DNA of 42,048 nucleotides, taken from assembly GCA_965223845.1 (NCBI GenBank), contig CBDCXR010000003.1, positions 1 to 42,048 on the forward strand, in the 5' to 3' direction. The notes below the pieces were generated by a model that was given only the letters and a program-made list of their open reading frames with translations, was not told where the DNA came from and did not search any database. How positions within the stretch are numbered: position 1 is the stretch's first letter; each line of letters starts with the position of its first letter. The position numbers were made by a program, and so were the translations under genes. This document shows positions 1 through 9,613 of the stretch, piece after piece. This DNA comes from Planctomycetota bacterium (GTDB taxonomy: Bacteria; Planctomycetota; UBA8108; SXIK01).

Positions 1-2
1 TT

Positions 3-134
3 GGGCTCACGCCGTCGGCGCGTACTCGGATCGAAGTGGAAGAGGATTCGAGTGACGAAATCTCAAGCGGTCCGAGTCGTCCGAGACACGACGTCGCAAA
101 GGGACCGCGCCTCGCGACGGGAGGCGCCGGATGA
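3..134 (+). CDS. terS: Terminase small subunit, C-terminal part (continues from window end across the circular junction)
   Basis: Joining the ends via the shared TTGGGC gives ...HEREFGLTPSARTRIEVEED...GAG*. FGLTPxxR is the P27-family motif. Stop overlaps the terL ATG (ATGA). Confidence 0.85.
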   Translation, partial: GLTPSARTRIEVEEDSSDEISSGPSRPRHDVAKGPRLATGGAG

Positions 135-1810
135 TCGTCGCGGCGCACGAGATCGCTGTCGACTGGGCGAACCTGCTCCGCATCATTCCGGGCTACGACC
201 CGATTGAGACAGCAGCCGATGGCGATTGGTTCGACCCCGATATCGCGCAGAGCGCGATCGATTTCATCGAGACCTACCTCACGTTCTCCCGCGGCTCGAG
301 CGCGGGGAAGCCGTTCCATTTGGAGCGTTGGCAGGCGGCCATCGTCGCGAACCTCTACGGCTGGCAGCGCAAGGACGACGTCGGAGAAACCGTGCGGAGG
401 TACCGAGAGTCGTTCGTGGGTATTCCGCGGAAGAATGGGAAGACGGAGCTCGTGGCCGGCCTCGGATTGCTCGCTCTATTCTGGGAGCGGGAGATGGGGA
501 CGGAGGTTTACTGCGGCGCGAAGGATCGATCCCAAGCGTCGAAGTTGCTCGCCACGGCGAAGCTAATGGTTCGACGGTCGCGCGAACTCACGAAGATCTC
601 GGATGTGTTCCAGCACTCGATCATGCGGAAGCCGGACGATGGCTCGTTGTTCCGTGCGGTCTCCAAGGATGCCGGCAAAATCCACGGCGAGAATCCGGCG
701 TTCATCGCTATCGACGAGGTGCACGTACAGCCGAACGGAGAGCTGATCGAGGCGCTTACGACCGGCATTGGGGCTCGTCTCCAGCCGCTTACGGTCTACA
801 TCTCAACGTCTGACTACGACCGTCCGCACGAGGAATCTATCTGTAACACTCTTTGGGACTACGCGCGGGCAGTTCGAGATCGCGAGGCGGACAATTCGCG
901 GTATCTACCCGTGCTCTACGAAGCGGACGACAAGGCCGACGACTGGACCGACGAGGCCGTTTGGAGCCGCGTTAACCCAAATCTCGGCGTGTCGGTTCGG
1001 CCCGAGTACCTTCGCGACATGGCCGCGAAGGCGAAGCACCTTCCGCGTCTCGTGAACTCGTTCAAGCGGTTGCACCTGAACATCCGTACGGGGCAGGTCA
1101 CGCAGTGGCTTCCGATGGATTTTTGGGACGAGTGCTCCGGCGGAATCGACGTCGAGGGACTGCGCGATCAGCTCGAGGGCGTTCCGTGCTGGGCAGCCCT
1201 CGACATGTCGCAGAAGTACGACCTCACGGCGTTCGTGCTCGTCGCCAAACACCGTGAAGAAAGTGGAGACGTCTACACGGTCTCGCCGTGGTTTTGGCTT
1301 CCCGAGGATCAGATCAGAAACCCGAAGCGCGAACGAGAGAAGCGCGACCTTTACCAGCGGTGGCACTCTCTCGGGCTTCTCGAGGCGATCCCCGGAGAGA
1401 CCGTCGATCCGGCTCGCGTTCGCGATCGAATCGAACAGCTCGCCGAGACGTACTCGTTCCGCCAGATCGGATTCGATCCGTGGGGCGCCGAGGACACGAT
1501 GCGGTTCTTCGACGATCGCGGGTTCGACGTCGTGAAGTTTCGGCCGAGCTACCGTGACTTCAACGGCGGGTCGAAGGAGCTCGAGGCCGCGGTCACGTCG
1601 CGCCGCCTCGTTCACGGCGGCCACGAAATCCTCCGCGAGCAAGCTCGAGTCTGCGCAGTCGACGAGGATCACAACGAGGAGATTCGACCGAGCAAGAAGC
1701 GGAGCGGAGACAAGATCGACGGAATTGTAGCGACGGTGATGGCGCTCTCGCTCGCGATGACGGGGTCCGAGGAGGACGAGGTTTTCGACGGAGAGTTTCT
1801 GGCGGTATGA
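131..1810 (+). CDS. terL: Terminase large subunit
   Basis: Walker A IPRKNGKT, Walker B FIAIDEVH, nuclease motifs ALDMSQKYDLTA and KIDGIVA. Confidence 0.97.
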   Translation: MIVAAHEIAVDWANLLRIIPGYDPIETAADGDWFDPDIAQSAIDFIETYLTFSRGSSAGKPFHLERWQAAIVANLYGWQRKDDVGETVRRYRESFVGIPRKNGKTELVAGLGLLALFWEREMGTEVYCGAKDRSQASKLLATAKLMVRRSRELTKISDVFQHSIMRKPDDGSLFRAVSKDAGKIHGENPAFIAIDEVHVQPNGELIEALTTGIGARLQPLTVYISTSDYDRPHEESICNTLWDYARAVRDREADNSRYLPVLYEADDKADDWTDEAVWSRVNPNLGVSVRPEYLRDMAAKAKHLPRLVNSFKRLHLNIRTGQVTQWLPMDFWDECSGGIDVEGLRDQLEGVPCWAALDMSQKYDLTAFVLVAKHREESGDVYTVSPWFWLPEDQIRNPKREREKRDLYQRWHSLGLLEAIPGETVDPARVRDRIEQLAETYSFRQIGFDPWGAEDTMRFFDDRGFDVVKFRPSYRDFNGGSKELEAAVTSRRLVHGGHEILREQARVCAVDEDHNEEIRPSKKRSGDKIDGIVATVMALSLAMTGSEEDEVFDGEFLAV

Positions 1811-2013
1811 GCGAAGAAGATCTGAGGCGCAAGCATCGTCGAGCGTACCGCAGGAAGTTCTCAGCGTACGTCGTGAGCATCGGTCTCATGTCCGTCGGCC
1901 TCGGACTTTGGGAGCCCGCGGCCGGTCTCTTCGTCGCCGGGTTCTTTCCGTGGCTCGACATCTTCGTCGGTGAATTGTCGCGGCAGAGGAGCAACTCGAA
2001 TGCTGATCGGTGA
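1807..2013 (+). CDS. Small membrane protein between terL and portal
   Basis: ATGA overlap with terL, basic N-terminus followed by a hydrophobic hairpin. Confidence 0.7.
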   Translation: MSEEDLRRKHRRAYRRKFSAYVVSIGLMSVGLGLWEPAAGLFVAGFFPWLDIFVGELSRQRSNSNADR

Positions 2014-3622
2014 AGCGCTCGCCGCGACCAGCTACAAAGATCTGACCGACGAGCGGCTCTGGACGGACATCATTCAGCCGCAACTTTCGAACGTCTCGGG
2101 CGTGAACGTCACGCCGGATACGGCGCTTGGACTGTCGGCGTACTACCTCGCCTTGCGTGCCGTGTCCGAGGACGTCGGCAAGCTGCCGCTCATCCTCTAT
2201 CGACGCACCGGCGCGGACGAGCGAGACCGTGCGGAGGATCACGAGCTCTACCACCTGATTCGGGACGAGCCGAATCCGAACATGAGCTCGATGACGTTTC
2301 GCGAGACGCTCACGCACCACGCGATGGGATGGGGCGGAGGCTTTGCGATCATCCGGCGCCGCGGTAGCGGTGTGCCGGAACGGCTCGACGTCGTTCATCC
2401 CTCGCGGGTGACGATCGATCAAGATCGACGTGGTCGTGTGTTCTACGAGGTGATGCTCGAGCAGGGCGAAGCGCCGATCATCGTCCTTCGCCGGAACATG
2501 CTCCACATTCACGGGCTCGGATCGGACGGGACCTCCGGGTATTCGGTCGCGCAGATCGCAGCGCAAAGTCTCGGCCGTGGCCTCGCGGCGACCCGCTTTT
2601 CGGCGAAGTTTTTCGGTCAGGGCGTGACGTCGACCGGCGTGCTCGAGCTCGATCGACGTCTCAAAGACCAGGAGGTGATGAACCGTCTGCGAGATCAGTG
2701 GGATGAGCGATACGGCGGCGTTGAGAACGCGCATCGGCCGATCATTCTCGAGCTCGGGATGAAGTACAAGCCGATCTCCATCCCTCCCGAGGACGCGCAG
2801 CTCATCGAGACGGAGAAGTTCACCGTCGAGGACGTGTCGCGGTGGTTCCGAATTCCGCCGCACAAGCTCATGCACCTCGAGCGCTCGACGTTTAACAACA
2901 TCGAGGAGCAGAACCAGGACTACTTGACGGACACGCTCGGAGCGTGGCTGGTGCGATGGGAGGAGGAAATCGGGCGCCGGATTCTCACGCTCGAGCGGCG
3001 AGAGATGTTCGTCGAGCACCTTGTCGACGCTCTGCTTCGAACGAGCATCGAGAAACGCTGGGACGCGTACCGTCACGGTTTCAATATCGGCGTCTGGTCG
3101 CAGAACGACATCCGGCGCCGGGAGAACGCGAAGCCGATCGGCCCTGAAGGTGACGTCCACTACATCCAAGGGAACATGATTCGGGTCGAGGACGCGGCGC
3201 GCGGCGTAACACAATCGAGCCAATCTCCTCCTCGCGGGCAGACCGACGGACTCGACGCGCCGCAGGACGGCGCACGCGCCGAACATGTCTTGGATCTCGT
3301 GACCGACGCGGTGGGTCGGTGCTCACAGAAAGAGGAGAAAGCGCTCGCACGCGCTCTCTCCAAGGACGACGCGGGGCTCCGCGAGTGGGCCGGGCGGTTC
3401 TACGCGCGGCACCAGGAGACGATCGCGAGCTCGGTTCAGCCCGTCGTCTCGGCGTGCGCCGGCTTGACCGGTCTTCCGGCGACAGACGTCCGTCCCATCG
3501 TCGAGAGCTATTGCCGCGGTCGGCAGAAGCTCTGCGAAGCCGGAGATCGAACCGAGATTACGATGAACGAGTCGCGAGCGCTCACGCGCGCGATCATGGA
3601 GGCTTTCGGAAATGAGACCTGA
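2000..3622 (+). CDS. Portal protein, HK97 family, with C-terminal extension
   Basis: EDVGKLPL, EPNPNMSSMTFRE, ILELGMKY, RWFRIPPHKL, FNNIEEQ motifs. GAGGA RBS before ATG 2000. Confidence 0.95.
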   Translation: MLIGEALAATSYKDLTDERLWTDIIQPQLSNVSGVNVTPDTALGLSAYYLALRAVSEDVGKLPLILYRRTGADERDRAEDHELYHLIRDEPNPNMSSMTFRETLTHHAMGWGGGFAIIRRRGSGVPERLDVVHPSRVTIDQDRRGRVFYEVMLEQGEAPIIVLRRNMLHIHGLGSDGTSGYSVAQIAAQSLGRGLAATRFSAKFFGQGVTSTGVLELDRRLKDQEVMNRLRDQWDERYGGVENAHRPIILELGMKYKPISIPPEDAQLIETEKFTVEDVSRWFRIPPHKLMHLERSTFNNIEEQNQDYLTDTLGAWLVRWEEEIGRRILTLERREMFVEHLVDALLRTSIEKRWDAYRHGFNIGVWSQNDIRRRENAKPIGPEGDVHYIQGNMIRVEDAARGVTQSSQSPPRGQTDGLDAPQDGARAEHVLDLVTDAVGRCSQKEEKALARALSKDDAGLREWAGRFYARHQETIASSVQPVVSACAGLTGLPATDVRPIVESYCRGRQKLCEAGDRTEITMNESRALTRAIMEAFGNET

Positions 3623-4490
3623 GGACTGCGCCGCCCAACACTTCGGAGCGTGGATGGTTGAGCCCCGCTGGATGGCGAGCGCGATCGCCGCAGTGAACGC
3701 TGGGACCTGGAAGCCCGAGTCGCCTGCTATGGCCGCTCGCGGCGAGCTTGAGGACGAGGATGACGGATTCGCGGTCCTCCAAGGCGGCGTGGCCGTCGTT
3801 CCGCTTCGCGGCCACCTCACCAAGGGCCGGAGCTCGTTCGGCGGGACCTCGACCGTCGAGACGCGCCGGGCGATTCGGCTGGCTGCCGCCGACCGGAAAG
3901 TTGCTGGGATCATGCTCCTCGTGGAGTCGCCGGGCGGCGCCGCGGCGGGCACGGCCGAGCTCGCGGCCGAGGTCGCGCGCGCCCGAGAGGAAAAGCCGAT
4001 CTGGGCTCACATCCAGGACATCGGGGCCTCTGCCGCGTACTGGCCGGCCGTCGAGGCCGAGCGGGTCACGGCGAACGCGGCCGCGGAAGTCGGTTCCGTC
4101 GGGGGCATGAGCGTGCTCGTCGACTCGTCCGAGGCGTCGGAAAAGGCGGGGCTCAAGTTCCACGTGGTCTCGACCGGAGCGCTCAAGGGCGCCGGGTTCC
4201 CGGGGACGCCGATCACGAAGGAACACATCGAGGTGTCGCAGGAGCTCATCGACGATTTGACCGCTCCGTTCTTCGCGGCCGTTTCCGCGCGTCGCGGTCT
4301 CACGGGTGCGGCTCTTTCGAACGTGACGACCGGCCGAATCTGGGTGGGAGCGCGCGCGAAGAACGTCGGACTCGTCGACGAAATCATGAGCTGGGAGTCC
4401 GCGGTGTCGACGTTCGTCGACCATCTCGGGCGCCGGCAGGAGGCGCGAGACCGGCGGTCGCGAATTCGGAGAGCGCAGCTCGAGGCTTGA
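3612..4490 (+). CDS. Prohead protease, peptidase S49 (SppA-like)
   Basis: ESPGG, ASAAYW and VGSVG motifs; lies between portal and capsid. Confidence 0.92.
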   Translation: MRPEDCAAQHFGAWMVEPRWMASAIAAVNAGTWKPESPAMAARGELEDEDDGFAVLQGGVAVVPLRGHLTKGRSSFGGTSTVETRRAIRLAAADRKVAGIMLLVESPGGAAAGTAELAAEVARAREEKPIWAHIQDIGASAAYWPAVEAERVTANAAAEVGSVGGMSVLVDSSEASEKAGLKFHVVSTGALKGAGFPGTPITKEHIEVSQELIDDLTAPFFAAVSARRGLTGAALSNVTTGRIWVGARAKNVGLVDEIMSWESAVSTFVDHLGRRQEARDRRSRIRRAQLEA

Positions 4491-4532
4491 CTTCTCGGCT
4501 TCGAGGTGTAATTACTCACGATGTCCATTCGG

Positions 4533-4612
4533 GCTCGCGACGCAGAGTCCGTCGAGCACGACCCCGGGTGGCAACGTCTGAGCTCGCGACGCAGAGTCCG
4601 TCGAGCACGACC
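4533..4612 (+). repeat. Two identical 31-bp hairpin-forming direct repeats in the capsid leader
   Basis: GCTCGCGACGCAGAGTCCGTCGAGCACGACC at 4533-4563 and 4582-4612. Confidence 0.9.
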
Positions 4613-4764
4613 TTGGACGTCACGACAGTTTCGTTTTCGAGCTGAGTCCTCGGACCCGATCTGTCGACGTGTGCACAGCTCAAGCTGTGCGGCGACTTCT
4701 TTTCGCCACGATCCCGCGCACTTTCGTGCGTGCTGTGGCAGGAAGCGACGTCCGAGGAATATCG

Positions 4765-6177
4765 ATGGATCGCATTCTCAAGCTTCGGCGTGAGGCCGAG
4801 GCGGAGCTGAACGCAGCGAAGGCACTACAGGCGAAGGCCGACGAAGAGACTCGAGACCTCACCGAGGAAGAGGTCAAGACGTTCGACGCGCACATGGCGA
4901 AGCGCGAGAAGCTGCTCGCCAAGGCCCAGCGACTCGAAGACGTCGAGCAGGCCGACGCGCAAATGCAGTCGATCGTCCGGTCTCGTAACGACCAGTCCGG
5001 CGACGACGACGGAGACGGAGACGACGCGGGCGACGGGGCCGCAGGTGGCGACCACGGCGCCGCAGGGGGCGGCAGCCGATCGCTCAGCTCTCCCATCCCC
5101 GGGCAGGCGCGCGACCAGGAAGCGGAAGGCCGACGCGGATTCGCGCACTTCGGCGACTTCGCGTTCGCGGTGCAGAACGCGTACACGCCGGGTGGTCAGG
5201 TCGATCGCCGGCTCGGAGCGATGATGGCTGCCGACGGGGGAAGTCAGGGCGTAGCTGCCGAGGGTGGCTACCTCGTGCCGCCGACGTTTTCTCAGCAGCT
5301 CTGGGACGGCCTGAACGAAGACCCCGATTCGCTCATGAACCGGTGCGACCGGGTCCCCGTCCCCGGCGAATCGATCACGCTCCCGAAGGCAAAGCAGGGG
5401 CGAAACGGCGGGATCGTCTACGGAGGCGTGCAGGCGTTCTGGATCGAGGAAGCAGAGTCGATTCCGACTTCGCGTCCGAAGTTCGACGGAATCACACTCC
5501 GGCCGCACGAGCTGGGCGCGCTCGTCTACATGACGGACAAGCTGCTCCGAAATTCTCCGCTCGCTCTCGACGGGTTTATTCGAAAGGCGGCGACGCTCGC
5601 TATCTCGCACGAGATCAACGACGCGATCTGGGACGGTGACGGCACAGGAAAGCCGATCGGAGTGCTTCGATCGGGTGCCCTCGTCACGGTGTCTAAGGAG
5701 ACCGGGCAGCCCGCCGACACGATCTTGATCGAGAACATCGTCAAGATGTACGCGCGATTCATCGCGTCTCGTCGTCGGGGCGCGGCCTGGTTCATCAACC
5801 AGGACATCGAGCCGCAGCTCTTCACGCTCCAGTACGAAGGGGCGAGCGGGAGCTTCCCGGCGTACATGCCGGCGGGCGGCATCTCCTCGGCTCCGTTCGC
5901 AACGCTTCTCGGGCGTCCGGTCGTGCCGATCGACTACGCGAAGACTCTCGGTGACGCCGGGGACATCGTCCTGTCGGATCTCGGTCTGTATGCGCTCGGT
6001 GAGAAGTCCGGCGGTATTCGTTCGGCGCAGAGCATCCACCTCCGCTTCGACACGGCGCAGACCGCGTTCCGGTTCATGTTCGAGATCGACGGCCAACCGT
6101 GGATGGACGAACCGATCACGCCCGTGAACGGCGCGAACACGCTGTCGACGTTCGTCGCGCTCGAATCCCGGGCGTAA
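4765..6177 (+). CDS. Major capsid protein, HK97 fold, with N-terminal coiled-coil scaffold domain
   Basis: AEGGYLVP, AFWIEE, GDGTGKPIG, TLLGRPV motifs. GAGGA RBS before ATG 4765. Confidence 0.95.
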   Translation: MDRILKLRREAEAELNAAKALQAKADEETRDLTEEEVKTFDAHMAKREKLLAKAQRLEDVEQADAQMQSIVRSRNDQSGDDDGDGDDAGDGAAGGDHGAAGGGSRSLSSPIPGQARDQEAEGRRGFAHFGDFAFAVQNAYTPGGQVDRRLGAMMAADGGSQGVAAEGGYLVPPTFSQQLWDGLNEDPDSLMNRCDRVPVPGESITLPKAKQGRNGGIVYGGVQAFWIEEAESIPTSRPKFDGITLRPHELGALVYMTDKLLRNSPLALDGFIRKAATLAISHEINDAIWDGDGTGKPIGVLRSGALVTVSKETGQPADTILIENIVKMYARFIASRRRGAAWFINQDIEPQLFTLQYEGASGSFPAYMPAGGISSAPFATLLGRPVVPIDYAKTLGDAGDIVLSDLGLYALGEKSGGIRSAQSIHLRFDTAQTAFRFMFEIDGQPWMDEPITPVNGANTLSTFVALESRA

Positions 6178-6216
6178 TCCACACGCTGACGACGGTTTCA
6201 GGAAGGAGACCAGCAC

Positions 6217-6681
6217 ATGATGCTCTCGGAAAAAGAGTTCGTCGGCGTGGCGATTACCCCGTCCGCCGACATCTACAACGGCGATCCGGCATCGCAGACG
6301 TACTCGCTCGCGCGATACGGGCGATGCGCGTTCGTCGTTCAGCACGGAGCCGGAGCCACGGGGACGGCGACGTTCACGGTCGAGGCTTGCTCCGACGCGG
6401 GGGGAACGGGCGCCGAGGCGGTTCCGTTTTCGTACCGCACGGGCCCGGCGAACGGCGCCCTGGGCGCGGTTCAGAAGGCGACGGCCGCGGGTTTCACGCT
6501 CTCGGCCGGAGCCAACCAAGTGTTCGTGATCGACATCCGTTCCGACGGCGTGGTCGAGGGGAAGCCGTACGTTCGCCTCAAGGCGACGGAAGTCGTCGAC
6601 GGCGCCGTGGCGGGATCCGTCCTCGCTGTGCTTTCGGACGCGCGCTACTTCGCGGAGTCGATGCCCGACCCGACCTCGTGA
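6217..6681 (+). CDS. Probable capsid decoration / virion protein
   Basis: Strong AGGAG RBS, beta-rich Ala/Gly sequence, directly after the capsid gene. Confidence 0.65.
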   Translation: MMLSEKEFVGVAITPSADIYNGDPASQTYSLARYGRCAFVVQHGAGATGTATFTVEACSDAGGTGAEAVPFSYRTGPANGALGAVQKATAAGFTLSAGANQVFVIDIRSDGVVEGKPYVRLKATEVVDGAVAGSVLAVLSDARYFAESMPDPTS

Positions 6682-6690
6682 CCCTCCCTT

Positions 6691-6738
6691 GAGTTCGCGG
6701 CTGTGCGCGATCACTCGTTCCGCGCGCAGCCGCGGCTC
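6691..6738 (+). terminator. Long GC stem-loop after the capsid genes (terminator or mRNA stabiliser)
   Basis: CGCGGCTGTGCGCG ... CGCGCGCAGCCGCG inverted repeat; only a short pyrimidine tail. Confidence 0.5.
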
Positions 6739-6767
6739 TTCCACGCCGAACCGCTACGAGGAATGCA

Positions 6768-6959
6768 ATGGCAGAGGAAAAAGTCAAAGTCCGAATGGTC
6801 GTCTCGCGGCCGGGCTATCCGAAATCGGGCAGCGTCGTTCAGGTCTCTCGAATCCGCGCGGATCGCTGGTGCCAAGAAGGACTCGCGACCGCAGTCGGAA
6901 AAGCGAAGGCTGCCGCCAAGGAAGAAGCCAAGGCCAAGGAAGAAGCGGTATCGACCTGA
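6768..6959 (+). CDS. Small hypothetical head-associated protein
   Basis: GAGGA RBS, 63 aa, A/K/E-rich tail; typical of the slot before the head-tail connector. Confidence 0.7.
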   Translation: MAEEKVKVRMVVSRPGYPKSGSVVQVSRIRADRWCQEGLATAVGKAKAAAKEEAKAKEEAVST

Positions 6960-6975
6960 TCCCGAGTAGCGATCG

Positions 6976-7551
6976 ATGGGACTCCGACTCGTCACACCTC
7001 CAACCTCCGAACCGGTCTCGCTCCACGTAGCGAAGCTCCAGACGCGTGTCCGTCACGACGACGAAGACACGCTGATCCAGGATTTCGTGCGCGCGGCGCG
7101 ACGGAAGGTCGAGTCGGACGCGGGCGTCCAGATCATGCCCGCGACGTGGGAGGCAAGCTGGGCGTCGTTTCCCGGTTCGGAGTTCTGTCTCGAGCTGCCG
7201 CCGCTCGTCGCGATCACCAGCATCGAATACACGGACGAGGATGACGCGAACCAGGTCGTACCTACGACGGTGTACGACGTCGACACGACAGTCTCGCCCG
7301 GCGTGGTCTTTCTGCGTTCCGGTGAGGCGTGGCCCGTGGCAAAGCGTGAGCGAGGTTCGGTGCGTGTGACGTACCAGGCCGGGTGGTCAAGCGGAGTTCC
7401 GGAGCACGTCGAGCAGGCTGTAAGACTGCTCGTCGGCCACTACTACGAAAACCGGGAGAGCGTCGTTGTCGGCGATCGGTTCGTCGCGACGTCGGTACCG
7501 CACGGGTACGACTCACTCATCTCGTCGTTCAGCGTTCGGAGTGTCGTCTGA
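6976..7551 (+). CDS. Head-tail connector (gp6 / phiE125 gp8-like)
   Basis: EPVSLHVAKLQTRV...DEDTLI and QAVRLLVGHYYENRE motifs. Confidence 0.92.
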   Translation: MGLRLVTPPTSEPVSLHVAKLQTRVRHDDEDTLIQDFVRAARRKVESDAGVQIMPATWEASWASFPGSEFCLELPPLVAITSIEYTDEDDANQVVPTTVYDVDTTVSPGVVFLRSGEAWPVAKRERGSVRVTYQAGWSSGVPEHVEQAVRLLVGHYYENRESVVVGDRFVATSVPHGYDSLISSFSVRSVV

Positions 7552-7982
7552 TGCCGCGGGTCGTCTTTCAGCTCGACAAGCGCGAAGTGAATAGGCTTCG
7601 GCGAAAGCTCCGCCGGCTCAGAAGCGCGGATGCGCTGAAGATCGTACGCCGGGCGGCGAGGGCTGCGGCTCGAGTCGTGCTTGCCGAAGCGCAGAGGCGC
7701 GCACCCGTTCGTTCCGGCGCTCTGAAGCGCGGTCTCAAAATTCGAGCACTCAGGCGCTCGCGTCGACGAGTTGGGGTCGCAGTCAGGACAGGAACTCGAG
7801 CGGAGATGGAAATCGAGGGCGACGGCTACTACCCGGCTCACATCCACTTCGGATCGCGTCGGCGGAACCTCACCGCTCAGCCGTTTCTCCGGGACGCCGC
7901 GGAGTTCAAGCGCGCCGAGGCGCTGTCGATACTCTCGGCGGAACTCGGTCGCGGAATCGAAGAGCTGGGGAGGGCGGCATGA
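7551..7982 (+). CDS. HK97 gp10-like neck protein
   Basis: Basic protein with RAPVRSGALKRG, HFGS and AQPFLR motifs. Confidence 0.88.
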   Translation: MPRVVFQLDKREVNRLRRKLRRLRSADALKIVRRAARAAARVVLAEAQRRAPVRSGALKRGLKIRALRRSRRRVGVAVRTGTRAEMEIEGDGYYPAHIHFGSRRRNLTAQPFLRDAAEFKRAEALSILSAELGRGIEELGRAA

Positions 7983-8305
7983 GCGCCGGCGAGCTTCGAA
8001 CTCCCATCGAAATCCAGCACAGCCGCGAGACACCCGACGGTCAGGGTGGCCACACAGAAGAGTGGGTCACGGTGCAGCGCGCGTACGCGATGTTTCGGCA
8101 CACGCGGGGCGCGGAGATTGCACCGTTCGGCACGCAGGAACAGAACGTCGCGACTCACGTCGTCAAGTTGCGCCGGTCCTCGCACCTCACCACGAAGTCG
8201 AGGATCACGTCGGAGCGTGGCGCGCGAGAGTTCGATGTGGTGTCCGTCTCTGAAGACGAGCGCGGATCGTACCAGTTCGCTCGCTGCGTGGAGGTGGTCG
8301 CATGA
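7979..8305 (+). CDS. Head closure protein (SPP1 gp16-like)
   Basis: AGELRTPIEIQ...DGQGG...W signature. Confidence 0.88.
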   Translation: MSAGELRTPIEIQHSRETPDGQGGHTEEWVTVQRAYAMFRHTRGAEIAPFGTQEQNVATHVVKLRRSSHLTTKSRITSERGAREFDVVSVSEDERGSYQFARCVEVVA

Positions 8306-8736
8306 GCACACGCGTGCACTCGCGAATGCCGGTCAACTGCCTCTTGGTGGCGATTTTCGCTCGTCTCGACGGAGCGGTGAACGACCTGGAGGGCAGCGCC
8401 TTCGAGATTCGGGACAACGTCCCGCTCGAGGAGAACGACTGGCACTTCATCGAGTTCGGCGACATCGAAGTTCGATCGGAGGGGCTCGCCTTCGTAGCGA
8501 TCCCGACGATTCACGTTTTCAGCGAATACCTGGGGTCGCGCGAAGTGGCGCAGGCGATCGAGCAGATGAACGCCATGCTCGCGAGCCCACTCGACCTCTC
8601 GAACGACCAGTACGTCGACCAGGGAAGCGCGGTCGAATCAGCGACGCTCGCTAAGCGAAGTGTAGGCGAGAGCAAGTTGATTCGACAGGGCACGCTCCGG
8701 CGGCGTTGGCTCATCGGAGATTGTCTCGTCTCGTAA
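8302..8736 (+). CDS. Tail terminator (DUF3168-like)
   Basis: AIFARL, DNVP, FIEFGD, TIHVFSEYLG; lies before the tail tube. Confidence 0.75.
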   Translation: MSTRVHSRMPVNCLLVAIFARLDGAVNDLEGSAFEIRDNVPLEENDWHFIEFGDIEVRSEGLAFVAIPTIHVFSEYLGSREVAQAIEQMNAMLASPLDLSNDQYVDQGSAVESATLAKRSVGESKLIRQGTLRRRWLIGDCLVS

Positions 8737-8750
8737 GGAGCGGAAGGCAG

Positions 8751-9188
8751 ATGGTAGCAGAAGCGCCCCTGGGGCAAGAACGGTTCTTCCTCGTCGACGT
8801 CAACGACAGTGAGACGGAGTCCGGGGAGAAGTGGATCAGGATCGGTCTACAGTCGGGCGGCAATCTCGAGCGATCGACAAACACCACCGACACCACCAAC
8901 AAGGACAACTTCGGGTTCACCAGCGAAAAGGGCGTGAGCAAGGGTTGGTCGACATCTGTCGACGGTCAGGAGAACCCGCACAACGTCGGGCTGCTCCACC
9001 TTGCGTCGAAGTGGGAGTCGACGACAGACATCGACGTGAGGATCCACGTCATGCTGATCGACGAGCTCGGTCGGGAGTATGTCGGCTGGGCGACGCTCGC
9101 CAGCTTCACCCTCGATTTCCCCGTCAACGAGTCGGTGACCTATTCCCTGTCGCTGAACGGCCGAGGCGTTTTGGTTCGCAGGAACTAA
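8751..9188 (+). CDS. Tail tube protein (TP901-1-like)
   Basis: DTTNKD, KGWSTSVDG and VTYSLSLNGRG motifs. Confidence 0.85.
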   Translation: MVAEAPLGQERFFLVDVNDSETESGEKWIRIGLQSGGNLERSTNTTDTTNKDNFGFTSEKGVSKGWSTSVDGQENPHNVGLLHLASKWESTTDIDVRIHVMLIDELGREYVGWATLASFTLDFPVNESVTYSLSLNGRGVLVRRN

Positions 9189-9233
9189 ACGACGTCGAAG
9201 CAATCGGAGCTTTTAGCAGAAAGGACACAGTCA

Positions 9234-9581
9234 ATGGCGGTACTCACGGTTCACCAGACAACCATTGGCGGCGCTGAGAAGCCGACGCTCGTAGCCGCAT
9301 CGGCCGCGGGCGATAGGTTCCGCAACGACGGAAAGACGATCGTCCACGTCAACAACGGAGGCGGAGCTGGGATCACCGTCACCATCACCGGACAGAGAAC
9401 TCTTCCCGGGGGAATCAGCTCGAACAAGGACGTTGTCGTGCCCGCCGGACAGGAGTTCCTCTTCGGACCGTTTCCCGCCGGCATCTACAACACCGACGGA
9501 GCGCAAGAGGTCGTGCTCGCGTATAGCGACGTGACGAGCGTCACCGTCGGCGCGATCTCCGCGAGCGACAAGTACAACTGA
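9234..9581 (+). CDS. Hypothetical virion protein, possibly a tail-tube accessory
   Basis: AAGGA RBS, beta-rich, GDRFRNDG and GPFP motifs, follows the tail tube. Confidence 0.65.
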   Translation: MAVLTVHQTTIGGAEKPTLVAASAAGDRFRNDGKTIVHVNNGGGAGITVTITGQRTLPGGISSNKDVVVPAGQEFLFGPFPAGIYNTDGAQEVVLAYSDVTSVTVGAISASDKYN

Positions 9582-9613
9582 TCCCCTGACGAGCAGTCAA
9601 AGAAAGGAGAGCG

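Noticed and set aside
4487-4515. Promoter upstream of the capsid leader
   Set aside because: TTGACT is good but the best -10 (TGTAAT) is only 14 bp away; not called.
4533-4612. Mini CRISPR array
   Set aside because: Only two repeats with an 18-bp gap; no cas1/cas2. The Cas4-like gene sits in a recombination operon.
4825-6744. Long antisense ORFs (also 1886-3286, 21739-22782, 36607-38043)
   Set aside because: Shadows of high-GC codon bias opposite clear genes; no motifs or RBS.
7551-8305. gp10-like gene placed before the head-closure gene
   Set aside because: Real but minor gene-order variation with no evident consequence.
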